This document shows positions 38,061 through 46,915 of a stretch of DNA of 64,000 nt, piece by piece (the stretch's first letter is position 1; the number at the start of each line of letters is the position of its first letter). Both the position numbers and the translations under genes were made by a program. Source of the DNA: Rhodoferax sp. (GTDB lineage: Bacteria; Pseudomonadota; Gammaproteobacteria; Burkholderiales; Burkholderiaceae_C); NCBI GenBank assembly GCA_011391545.1, contig JAABQI010000112.1, positions 357 to 64,356 of the forward strand, given 5' to 3'. Below the pieces are notes generated by a model. The model was given only the letters and a program-made list of their open reading frames with translations. It did no database searches and had not been told where the DNA came from.

Positions 38061-40447
38061 CCAACTACCATACCGCATCGCGCTTCAGGGCGCTGATCTC
38101 CCGCCTCGCCCATCAACTGATTGTCTGGCGCAACACGATTGCCGTGGTCACCACCCTGATCACCCTGCTGCTTGGGGCTTCGGCGCTGCGCACCCATCTG
38201 GATGCCGGCTTCAACAAGCTGGTTCCCCTGCGCCACGACTACATGGCGGCCTTCCTGCAGCATTCCGGCACCTTCTCGGGCGCCAACCGGGTGCTGATCA
38301 ATGTCCGCTGGAAGGGCCAGGGCGACATCTACAACGAGGAGTTCTTGAAGGCACTGCGCGGCGTCACCGACGAGGTGTTCTTCACACCCGGTGTGAACCG
38401 GGCCCAAGTCTATTCTCTATTCACGCCGAACGTGCGCTACATCGAGATCACCGAGAACGGTTTTGTCGGCGAGGTCATCATCCCCTCGCGCTTCAGCCCG
38501 AACGCAGAGGGACTCGCGAAGGTGCGCTCCAATGTGGCCAAGTCGGGCCAGATCGGGCGGCTCGTCAGCAACGACCTGAAAGGCGCCATGGTCCGTGCCG
38601 ATCTGCTTGAAATCGATCCGCAGACGGGCAAGCGGCTTGACTACGGCAAAGTCGCCAAGAAGCTGGAAATGGTCCGCGCCCAGTTTGCCAGCAAGGACAT
38701 CGAGATCAACATCGTCGGTTTTGCCAAGGTGCTGGGTGACGTGATGGAGGGCCTGATCACTGTCATTAGCTTCTTCGGTCTGGCCTTTGTCATCACGGCG
38801 ATTCTGCTGTGGCTTTATTCGCGTTCTGTGAACCTGACGGTGCTGGCCCTGCTGGTGGCCCTGTTGCCGGTGATCTGGCTGCTCGGTCTGTTGCCGCTGG
38901 GCGGCTTCGGCATCGACCCGATGTCGATACTGGTGCCCTTCCTGGTGTTCTCGATCGGCGTGTCGCACGCGGTGCAGATGACCAACGCCTGGAAGCAGGA
39001 CGTGCGCGCCGGCCTAAGCTCCGAGGACGCCGCCGAGAGCGCCTTTCGCAAGCTGGCAGTGCCCGGCACCATTGCCCTGCTCACCAACGCGCTGGGCTTC
39101 ATGGTCATCATGCTGATCGACATTCCGATCGTGCATGAGCTGGGCATGACGGCTTGCCTGGGCGTGTTGCTCATGATCATCACCAACAAGGTGATGCTGC
39201 CTGTGATCCTGTCGCGCTTGCGGCTCGAACCCGCGGCCCTGGGACGCACCGACGGCATAACCAAGCTGCGTGACCACTGGTGGCTCCTTTCGGCGCTGGC
39301 ACAGCCACGCCCGGCGCTGATCACGCTGGCGGTGTCGCTGGCGTTGCTAGCCGGCGGCACCGTCATGTCGCGCCACCTGCTGACCGGCGACATCGGCGCC
39401 GGCGCGCCCGAGCTGCGCGCCGACTCGCGTTACAACCGCGACAACGACCGTATCATCCACGACTACTCGGTCGGCATGGATGTGCTGTCGGTCTATGCCG
39501 AGGCCACCGATCTGGAGGAAGCCTGCCTGAACTGGCCGGTGATGAATGGCATCGAACGTTTTGACCTGGCCATGCGCGGCGTTGACGGCGTGCGCTCGGT
39601 CACCACCGTGGCGGGCTTGGCCAAGCTCGCCGCCAGCGGCAACAACGAGGGCAATCCGCGCTGGGCCGCGCTGCAGCGCACCGAGGCGGCGCTGCGCACC
39701 GGATCCAAGGCGGCCAACCCGGAACTGGGCCTGAACACCGAAGGCTGCAAGATAATTCATCTGCAGCTTTTCCTGAAGGACCATGAGGGCGCTACGCTCA
39801 AGCACGTGGTGGGCGAGGTGCAGAAGTTCATCGACGCCGACAAGACCCCCAACCTGCGCTTTCGCCTGGCCGGCGGCAACGCCGGCGTGGCGGCAGCCAC
39901 GAACGACGCGGTCGAGCAGGCCGAAGTGCAAATGCTGGCGGCGATCTTCGGTGCCATCACACTGCTGTGCTGGCTGACCTTCCGCAGCTGGCGCGCCGTG
40001 CTGTGCATCATCGTACCGCTGACGCTGGTGTCCATCCTGTGCAACGCGCTGATGGCCATGCTGGGCATCGGCCTGAAGGTGGCCACGCTGCCGGTGATCG
40101 CCATGGGCGTGGGCGTGGGCGTGGACTACGGCATCTACTTGTATGAAAGCCTGCAGCATGAGATCGAGCACCGTGGCGCCTCGCTGCGCGAAGCCTTCTA
40201 CCAGGCGCTGCGCCAGCGCGGCACGGCCGCAGTCTTCACGGGTGTCACGATGTCCATCGGTGTGGGTACCTGGGCCTTCTCGGCGCTCAAGTTCCAGGCC
40301 GACATGGGGGTGCTTCTGGCCTTCATGTTCCTGGTCAACATGCTGGGCGCGGTGTTCCTGCTGCCGGCCATGGCCTGCTGGCTGGGTGTCGGGGCGGTGC
40401 GCAAGCCGGCCGTGTTCCCCTACGTGCCCGCGAAGGAAATGTCCTGA
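38057..40447 (+). CDS. RND/MMPL-family transporter
   Basis: Two TM blocks with periplasmic domains; SIGVSHAVQ, GVGVDYGIY. Confidence 0.9.
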   Translation: MTNYHTASRFRALISRLAHQLIVWRNTIAVVTTLITLLLGASALRTHLDAGFNKLVPLRHDYMAAFLQHSGTFSGANRVLINVRWKGQGDIYNEEFLKALRGVTDEVFFTPGVNRAQVYSLFTPNVRYIEITENGFVGEVIIPSRFSPNAEGLAKVRSNVAKSGQIGRLVSNDLKGAMVRADLLEIDPQTGKRLDYGKVAKKLEMVRAQFASKDIEINIVGFAKVLGDVMEGLITVISFFGLAFVITAILLWLYSRSVNLTVLALLVALLPVIWLLGLLPLGGFGIDPMSILVPFLVFSIGVSHAVQMTNAWKQDVRAGLSSEDAAESAFRKLAVPGTIALLTNALGFMVIMLIDIPIVHELGMTACLGVLLMIITNKVMLPVILSRLRLEPAALGRTDGITKLRDHWWLLSALAQPRPALITLAVSLALLAGGTVMSRHLLTGDIGAGAPELRADSRYNRDNDRIIHDYSVGMDVLSVYAEATDLEEACLNWPVMNGIERFDLAMRGVDGVRSVTTVAGLAKLAASGNNEGNPRWAALQRTEAALRTGSKAANPELGLNTEGCKIIHLQLFLKDHEGATLKHVVGEVQKFIDADKTPNLRFRLAGGNAGVAAATNDAVEQAEVQMLAAIFGAITLLCWLTFRSWRAVLCIIVPLTLVSILCNALMAMLGIGLKVATLPVIAMGVGVGVDYGIYLYESLQHEIEHRGASLREAFYQALRQRGTAAVFTGVTMSIGVGTWAFSALKFQADMGVLLAFMFLVNMLGAVFLLPAMACWLGVGAVRKPAVFPYVPAKEMS

Positions 40448-40817
40448 TGAGCCTGGAACAGCTGCTGCTGGAACACGAGCTGCAGTGCGTTCTCGGTCGC
40501 TACGCCCAACTCTGCGACGAACGCGACTGGCCCCTGATCGACCAGATATTCAGCGCCGATGCCACGGCGAGTTATGGCGGCTGGGCCCTGGCCGACCGCA
40601 CCGCCATACTCAAGATGCTGCGCGACAACCTCGGCGGCTGCGGGCAGCGCATCGCGGTGCAGGCGAGAAAAAACTGGAAACTTACGAATGCATGGGCTCC
40701 TACCACGACCGCTGGGTGCGAGCCGCGGAAGGCTGGCGCATCCTGCACCGCGCCATGGTCGTGAAGTTCGAATTTGGCAACCGCAAGCTGCTGGGCCCGG
40801 CCACTGCGCCAGACTAG
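40447..40817 (+). pseudogene. NTF2/SnoaL-like (BaiE-like) protein disrupted by an internal deletion and frameshift
   Basis: N-half RYAQLCDERDW..LGGCG is in one frame; C-half AAHRG..GSYHDRWVR..GWRI.HR is in another; central HLLGN-type segment absent. Confidence 0.75.
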
Positions 40818-41974
40818 TCGGTGTCGCTCAGCCAGGCCACGCTATTCAGGAAAATACGCACCAGTTCGGTCTGGCGGCGCACGCCGGTCTTGGAAAAAAT
40901 CGAACGCAGGTGCGCCCGCCCCGTGTTGCGCCGGATACCCAGGACCTCGGAGGCCTCTTCCAGCGACAGGCCATTGGCCAGCTGGATCGCCAGCGCGGTT
41001 TCGGCCGGCGTCAGGTGGAACAGCTGCTGGGCCAGGCGCACCGGCGGATCGACGCGCCCCTCGGTGTCACGCAAGAAGATGGCCACGCTGGGGCGCTGTT
41101 TGCCCTCGGTCCACTGATCGGAGGAGATACTCTGCACGATCAGCCCCCAGGCCAGCCGGCCAGACGGCCGACTCACGGACATCGCCTCGCTCATCGACGG
41201 CTTGGCGGCGGGGGCATGGACCATGGCGTCGCGCACCAGGCTTTGCAGCTTGCGGTTGTCGTTGGCGTAGGAGGCCTCGAGCTGCTTGCCGACCACACGC
41301 AGACCGTCCTTCATTTCCAGGATGGCGGTCGCCGCCGGATTGCACTCAAGCACCTGGCGGTCCTGGTCGAGCACCACCACGCCGACCATCAATTGCGCCA
41401 TCGCATGGCTGTAGAGTGTGCTGACCTTACGGTCCTCGTTGATCGACAGGTGCAGGTTCAGGGCCCGCTTGATATGGGGAATCAGCAGGCGGCAAAAATC
41501 GATTTCCGCTCGGGAGAAGGCCTCTGCGCTTTCGGGGCGGGTGATGCGCAACCCATAGATGCCGCCATTACGCGTCGAAATGTCGGCGGCAAGCACATGG
41601 AAAACGCCCTGCGGCTCGCAGTAGCTGCGGTAATAGGTCGAGGCGCGCCAGTCCTTTTCAGAGATCACGTCGCCGATCGTGACCAGCTGATCCGGCACCA
41701 TGCCCGCAAAGGGGCTCATCGCGATGTAGGGGTTGCCGGGATCCAGGTTGGGCTGGTCGTTGCCGGCCGAGACGATCAAGCCGACGTCTTCGGCGGTCTC
41801 GGTGCGAACAATGAGCGAGGCATAGTTGGCAGAAAACCCGGCCCGGATGGCCTCCAGGCAGGTGACCCATCCCGCCTCATCCAGGGCAGCGTCGTAAATC
41901 GCACCCAGAATATGGCTCAGAAATTCCTGCGACATGCTCATGCCTGCCAGGGACGGGGGTAGAGAATCTTGCAT
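40814..41974 (-). CDS. tesR: LuxR-type steroid-responsive activator (TesR/TeiR-like), sensor/PAS region plus LuxR HTH
   Basis: IYDAALD..W; C-terminal LTPAE..GLSLEEA..RNT.RAHLRSIFSKTGVRRQTELV; position after scdJ as in C. testosteroni; start uncertain. Confidence 0.82.
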   Translation of the reverse strand: MQDSLPPSLAGMSMSQEFLSHILGAIYDAALDEAGWVTCLEAIRAGFSANYASLIVRTETAEDVGLIVSAGNDQPNLDPGNPYIAMSPFAGMVPDQLVTIGDVISEKDWRASTYYRSYCEPQGVFHVLAADISTRNGGIYGLRITRPESAEAFSRAEIDFCRLLIPHIKRALNLHLSINEDRKVSTLYSHAMAQLMVGVVVLDQDRQVLECNPAATAILEMKDGLRVVGKQLEASYANDNRKLQSLVRDAMVHAPAAKPSMSEAMSVSRPSGRLAWGLIVQSISSDQWTEGKQRPSVAIFLRDTEGRVDPPVRLAQQLFHLTPAETALAIQLANGLSLEEASEVLGIRRNTGRAHLRSIFSKTGVRRQTELVRIFLNSVAWLSDTD

Positions 41975-42013
41975 GAACGCGGTTTCCGTGACCATTGGAT
42001 TGATCGGCAACGC

Positions 42014-42041
42014 AGTATATCGTTGGGGCTGGTCAGCGCAA
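42014..42041 (-). promoter_or_regulatory. Putative sigma70 promoter of tesR
   Basis: TTGCGC-N16-TATACT on the minus strand. Confidence 0.5.
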
Positions 42042-42053
42042 GGGTTTTGAGCG

Positions 42054-43262
42054 TCAAGCCAGTTCGAACAGCCCGGCCGCACCCATGCCGCCGCCAATAC
42101 ACATGCTGACCACTACATAACGCACGCCGCGCCGGCGCCCCTCGAGCAGAGCGTGCCCAACCAGGCGCGCGCCCGACATGCCGAAGGGGTGGCCAATCGA
42201 GATGGCGCCACCGTTGACGTTGAGCTGAGAATCTGCAATGCCCAAGGTGTCGCGGCAGTGAATGACCTGGCAGGCAAAGGCCTCGTTGATCTCCCACAGG
42301 CCGATGTCGGCCACGCTCAGGCCATGGCGCTGCAGCAGCTTGGGAATCGCGAACACCGGGCCGATGCCCATTTCGTCGGCAGCGCAACCCGCCACCGCCA
42401 CGCCCCGGTAGGTGCCCAGCGGCGCCAGGCCGCGCCGCCGGGCTTCGGCCGCGCTCATCAGCACCGATGCCGAAGCACCGTCGGACAACTGCGAGGCATT
42501 GCCGGCCGTGATGAATTCGCCCTCCGGCACCCACTGGCCGTTTTTCCAGACCGGCTTGAGCTTGCCCAGGCTTTCCAGCGTGGTGTCTGCGCGGTTGCCT
42601 TCATCCTGCAGCAGGGTCACGGCCTCGCTGCCAATCACATTGCCCTCGCGGTCAAACAGCTGCTTGCTGGTGGCCAGCGGCACGATTTCGTCGGCGAACA
42701 GGCCGGCCTGCTGCGCCGCAGCGGTGCGCTGCTGGCTGCGCAGCGAATATTCGTCCTGGGCGGCACGCGAAATGCCATAGCGGCGGCTGACAATCTCGGC
42801 GGTCTCGATCATCTGGATATAGGCCGTCGGCGAAGCCTGCAGCACCGACGCCGACTGCGAACGGTAGCTGTTTTTGTGCTTGTTCTGCACCAGCGAGATC
42901 GACTCGAGGCCGCCGGCCACGGCGATGTCCATCTCGCCGGTCATGATGCCCTTGGCGGCGGTGGCGATGCTCATCAGGCCCGAGGCGCACATGCGGTCAA
43001 TCGCCATGCCGCCCACGCTGTCGGGGAGTCCGGCGGTGTAGCAGCACAGGCGGCCCAGGTTGTAGCCCTGGTTGCCCTGCTGGGCGGCAACACCCAGGAT
43101 CACATCGTCGACCTCGTGGCCGGCCACGCCGGCCTTGTCCAGCGCGCTGCGGATGACATGGCCACCCAGCACCGGGGCTTCGGTATCGTTGAAGGCACCG
43201 CGAAACGCCTTGCCGATGGGCGTGCGGGCGGTGGAGACAATAACGGCTTCTTGCTGGTTCAT
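42054..43262 (-). CDS. scdJ: Acetyl-CoA C-acyltransferase (thiolase)
   Basis: [27 protein letters not shown]; synteny. Confidence 0.8.
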   Translation of the reverse strand: MNQQEAVIVSTARTPIGKAFRGAFNDTEAPVLGGHVIRSALDKAGVAGHEVDDVILGVAAQQGNQGYNLGRLCCYTAGLPDSVGGMAIDRMCASGLMSIATAAKGIMTGEMDIAVAGGLESISLVQNKHKNSYRSQSASVLQASPTAYIQMIETAEIVSRRYGISRAAQDEYSLRSQQRTAAAQQAGLFADEIVPLATSKQLFDREGNVIGSEAVTLLQDEGNRADTTLESLGKLKPVWKNGQWVPEGEFITAGNASQLSDGASASVLMSAAEARRRGLAPLGTYRGVAVAGCAADEMGIGPVFAIPKLLQRHGLSVADIGLWEINEAFACQVIHCRDTLGIADSQLNVNGGAISIGHPFGMSGARLVGHALLEGRRRGVRYVVVSMCIGGGMGAAGLFELA

Positions 43263-43272
43263 GTGAAAATTC

Positions 43273-43746
43273 TCATTCAAAGTAAAGACGGCTGATGGTG
43301 TCCACCACGCAGCCAGGCTTGTCGGCACCCTCGATCTCGACGCTGATGCGCACAATCAGCTGCACACCCTCGCCCTTGACCCGCTCGGCAGCGACCACCT
43401 GACCGCGCCCGCGCAGGCGCGAGCCGACCTTGACGGGGGCGGGAAAACGCACCTTGTCGCAACCGTAATTGACGCCCATTTTGAGGCGCTGGTAACTGAC
43501 CAGCTCGGGCAGGAACAGGTTGGCCAGCGACAGCGTCAGGTAGCCATGCGCCACGCAGGCACCGAACGGGCCGCTCTTGGCGCGCTCCGGGTCGACATGA
43601 ATCCACTGGTGGTCGCCGGTGGCGTCGGCAAAGGTGTTGATGCGCTGCTGGGTTAGCTCCACCCAGGCAGTGCTGCCCAGGTCCTGCCCCACGGCCGCCA
43701 AGACGGCCTCGACCGAGTCAAAGCATTGGCCAGCGTTCATGATCAT
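43273..43746 (-). CDS. scdD: MaoC-family enoyl-CoA hydratase
   Basis: [22 protein letters not shown]; synteny. Confidence 0.8.
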   Translation of the reverse strand: MIMNAGQCFDSVEAVLAAVGQDLGSTAWVELTQQRINTFADATGDHQWIHVDPERAKSGPFGACVAHGYLTLSLANLFLPELVSYQRLKMGVNYGCDKVRFPAPVKVGSRLRGRGQVVAAERVKGEGVQLIVRISVEIEGADKPGCVVDTISRLYFE

Positions 43747-44528
43747 GCCCGCTGCGAGCTGACCGAGACCACCTCGCCGGTCATGTAGGACGAGTAGTCA
43801 CTGGCCAGGAAGATCATCACATTGGCGATTTCCCAGGGCTCGGCGCCACGGCCAAAGGCCTCTTTCGCCGACAGTTCATTGAGAAGTTCCTCGGTGGCGG
43901 ATTTTTTCAGGAAGGCGTGGATGGCGATGGACGGTGCGACCGCGTTGATGCGGATGCCGAACTCGGCCGCCTCCAGCGCGGCGCAGCGAGTCAGCGCCAT
44001 GACACCGGCCTTGGCCGCCGCATAGTGCGCCTGCTCGGTCTGTGCGCGCCAGCCCAGCACCGAGGCGTTGTTGATGATGACGCCACGGCCGCGCGGCTGC
44101 ATGACCTTGAGCGCGGCGCGGGTCACGCGAAATGTGCCAGTCAGGGTCACATTGATGACCTTGTTCCATTCATCGTCTTCCATGTCCACAATGCGCTTGC
44201 TGGTGCCCAGTCCGGCGTTGTTGATGAGCACATCGATACCGCCGAGTTGCTGCTCAGCCGCGTCGATCAGCGCCTGAACCTGCGCTTCCTGACTGACATC
44301 GCAAAGCAGGCCGTAAACCGCCTGCAGGCCGGTCTCGCGCTGGATGGCCTCGACCGCCTCGCTCAGGCGCCGCTCATGCACATCGGAAATGAACAGGGCG
44401 CGACAGCCCTCCTCAGCAGCGCGCTTGGCGACGGCAAAGCCGATGCCGGCACCTGCGGCGGCGGTCACCAGCACGGACTTGCCGCGCAGCAGGTCATGGG
44501 CGGGAACGTAATCGGGAGCAGGCTTCAT
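43743..44528 (-). CDS. scdG: SDR, IpdF-like HIP-CoA 5-oxo reductase
   Basis: VTAAAGAGIG, ASVLGWRAQ, HYAAAK. Confidence 0.82.
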   Translation of the reverse strand: MKPAPDYVPAHDLLRGKSVLVTAAAGAGIGFAVAKRAAEEGCRALFISDVHERRLSEAVEAIQRETGLQAVYGLLCDVSQEAQVQALIDAAEQQLGGIDVLINNAGLGTSKRIVDMEDDEWNKVINVTLTGTFRVTRAALKVMQPRGRGVIINNASVLGWRAQTEQAHYAAAKAGVMALTRCAALEAAEFGIRINAVAPSIAIHAFLKKSATEELLNELSAKEAFGRGAEPWEIANVMIFLASDYSSYMTGEVVSVSSQRA

Positions 44529-44585
44529 GGGTCAACATCCATCGTGATAATTCCATCGATGATGCCCGTCGGGCGCCCGCCCAAC

Positions 44586-44603
44586 ATCGTCTGCTTGGAC
44601 GAT
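44586..44603 (-). promoter_or_regulatory. Putative LuxR/TesR box for scdG-scdD-scdJ(-tesR)
   Basis: ATCGTCTGCTTGGACGAT; 21 nt to CATCAT. Confidence 0.72.
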
Positions 44604-44617
44604 GGGACGCGCCCGCC

Positions 44618-45781
44618 TCAGCGCGGCATTTGCAGCGCCCGCTCGGCCATCAGGTTGCACTGAATCTCGTTGCTACCCGCGTAGATGGTGTCGGCGCGGC
44701 TCAGCAGCCAGAGCCGCTGCAACGCCTGGCTTAACGGATCGTCGCCCGCGATACCGCCAGCGCCGCCCAGCACGTCCACCGCCAGCTCACCGAGCGAGCG
44801 GCGCCAGTTCGACCAGGCATATTTGCTGATGCTGGCGGCGCGGGCCGGCGCGTTCTCGTCGGCGGTTCGCAGCGCATGGCTGCGCAGCGTCTGCAGGCCC
44901 AGCGCCGCCTGCGCGATGCGCTGGCGCAGCACCGGGTCACGGGCGGCGCCACTGCGGCGGGCCACGGCCACCACCTGCTCCAACTCGCTTCTGAAATGGG
45001 CCTGCTGGCCCAGCGTCGAGGCACCGCGCTCGCAGCCCAGCAGAAACATTGCCACGGCCCAGCCCTGCCCCGGCGCGCCCAGCATGAGCGCGCCTTCGGT
45101 GCGGGCGCCGTCAAAAAACACTTCGTTGAACTCGGCGTCGCCGGTGATCTGGCGGATCGGTCGCAGGCTCACGCCCGGCTGGTCCAAAGGCACCAGCAGC
45201 AGCACCAAGCCCTTGTGGCGCGTCGAGCCGGACTCGCAGCGTGCCAGCACAAAAATCCAGTCAGACTCGTGCGCCCAGGAGGTCCAGACCTTCTGGCCGT
45301 CGATGATCCAGTCGCCGCTGGCCGGGTCGAGGCGCGCCCGGGTGCGCACCGCAGCCAGGTCAGAGCCCGCACCGGGTTCCGAATAGCCCTGCGCCCAATA
45401 GGTCTGGCCGGCCAGGATGCCGGGCAGAAAGCGCGCCTGCAGCTCCGGTGTCCCATGGGCGATCAGCGTCGGCGCCAGCAGCGTTTCGCCAATATGACCC
45501 AGTCGCCCAGGGCCGCCGCAGCGCACATATTCCTCATGAAAGATCACCTGCTGCGCCAGCGGCAGCTCGCGCCCGCCATGGCTGCGCGGCCAGCCCAGGC
45601 CGGTCCAGCCGCCCGCAGCGAGCTGCTGCTCCCAGCGTTTGGCCAGGGCCGGCGTGTAGCCGGGCGCGCCCATGGCGCTGGCATGGCGCAGCGGCTCGAA
45701 ATCACCGCCCAGGTGGGTGGCCATCCAGGCGCGAACACTTTCGCGAAAGGCGCGCTCCGCGCCGGTTTCCTGCAAGTTCAT
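44618..45781 (-). CDS. scdC2: Acyl-CoA dehydrogenase (FadE30-like)
   Basis: WAQGYSEPGAGSDL, RADTIYAGSNEIQ; synteny. Confidence 0.72.
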   Translation of the reverse strand: MNLQETGAERAFRESVRAWMATHLGGDFEPLRHASAMGAPGYTPALAKRWEQQLAAGGWTGLGWPRSHGGRELPLAQQVIFHEEYVRCGGPGRLGHIGETLLAPTLIAHGTPELQARFLPGILAGQTYWAQGYSEPGAGSDLAAVRTRARLDPASGDWIIDGQKVWTSWAHESDWIFVLARCESGSTRHKGLVLLLVPLDQPGVSLRPIRQITGDAEFNEVFFDGARTEGALMLGAPGQGWAVAMFLLGCERGASTLGQQAHFRSELEQVVAVARRSGAARDPVLRQRIAQAALGLQTLRSHALRTADENAPARAASISKYAWSNWRRSLGELAVDVLGGAGGIAGDDPLSQALQRLWLLSRADTIYAGSNEIQCNLMAERALQMPR

Positions 45782-46908
45782 GGGGTCTCCTCCGGCGCGT
45801 CGAGCAGTTGCGCAGCCACTTGCTCCAACCACCACGTCACCGGCCCGAGCCGCTGGCTCGAGGCCTGCGCGCGGCGCAGGTACAGGTGTGGATCGAACTC
45901 CCAGGTGAAGCCGACGCCACCATGCAGCTGGATGGCCTCACGCGAACAAAATTGCGCGGCCTCGGTGGCAGCCACACGGGCCTGCGCGGCATGAAACAGC
46001 AGGACCGCGGCATCCGGCGCAGTGTCTGCAATACAGGCCGCGCCGTAGACCGCCGAACGCGCGCCCTCCAGCGCAACGAGCATCTGCGCGCAGCGGTGCT
46101 TGACCGCCTGAAAGCTGGCGATCGGACGGTCGAACTGGCTGCGCTGCGCGGCATAGGCCAGCGTCAGGTCCAGGCATTGCTGCGCCACGCCGACCTGCTC
46201 GGCCGCCAGCGCAATGGCGCCCAGCTGCGTCACGCGTTGCAGCAGGCTGTCGAGAAAATCACCGCGCCCGATGCAGGCACCCGCCGGCAGGGCCACGGCG
46301 CTGGCCTGCACCGCCGCCATGCTGCGGGTGGCGTCAAGCGTCGCCAGCGCCCGCACCTGCAAGCCGGGCGCGTTGGCGGGCACGGCAAACAGCAAACTCT
46401 CGCCCGCGGCGCTTTGCGCAGGCAACAGCAGGACATGGGCCATGGCGGCAGAGCCGACCAACGGCCAGTCGCCGTCGAGCACCCATCCGTTGCCAGCCAA
46501 CCGGGCAGTGGCCTGACTGGCGACGCCCTCAGGCAGCGCCAGCGTCGCGATGATCTCGCCGGTCGCCAGCTGCTGCAAGCAGTCCTGCGCCACCGGGCTG
46601 TCTGGCAAGTCGCGCAACGCGCTGGCCGCCAGCACCACGCTGTCAAAAAACGGCACGCAGGCCAGGCGCAGGCCCAGCTGCTCCTGCAATAACGCCAGCT
46701 CGACCAGGCCCAGGCCCAGGCCACCGGCCGCTTCGGGCAAATGCACGCCACACCAGCCGAGCTCGCCGATGCCGCGCCACAGTTCAGGGTCCAGGCCGTC
46801 AGCGCGCTGGCTGGCCGCGCGCACGGCCGGCATGGCGCTGGCCTCGGCCAGAAAAATCGCCGCGCTGTCGGCGATCTGTTGCTGTTCTTCGCTGAGGGAA
46901 AGGTCCAT
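45778..46908 (-). CDS. scdC1: Acyl-CoA dehydrogenase (FadE33-like)
   Basis: RSQFDRPIASFQAVKH, QLHGGVGFTWE; synteny. Confidence 0.72.
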   Translation of the reverse strand: MDLSLSEEQQQIADSAAIFLAEASAMPAVRAASQRADGLDPELWRGIGELGWCGVHLPEAAGGLGLGLVELALLQEQLGLRLACVPFFDSVVLAASALRDLPDSPVAQDCLQQLATGEIIATLALPEGVASQATARLAGNGWVLDGDWPLVGSAAMAHVLLLPAQSAAGESLLFAVPANAPGLQVRALATLDATRSMAAVQASAVALPAGACIGRGDFLDSLLQRVTQLGAIALAAEQVGVAQQCLDLTLAYAAQRSQFDRPIASFQAVKHRCAQMLVALEGARSAVYGAACIADTAPDAAVLLFHAAQARVAATEAAQFCSREAIQLHGGVGFTWEFDPHLYLRRAQASSQRLGPVTWWLEQVAAQLLDAPEETP

Positions 46909-46915
46909 GCGCGCC

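Noticed and set aside
40800-40820. AGACTAG half-site resembling the box
   Set aside because: No second half-site; it is the overlapping TAG stops of two convergent genes
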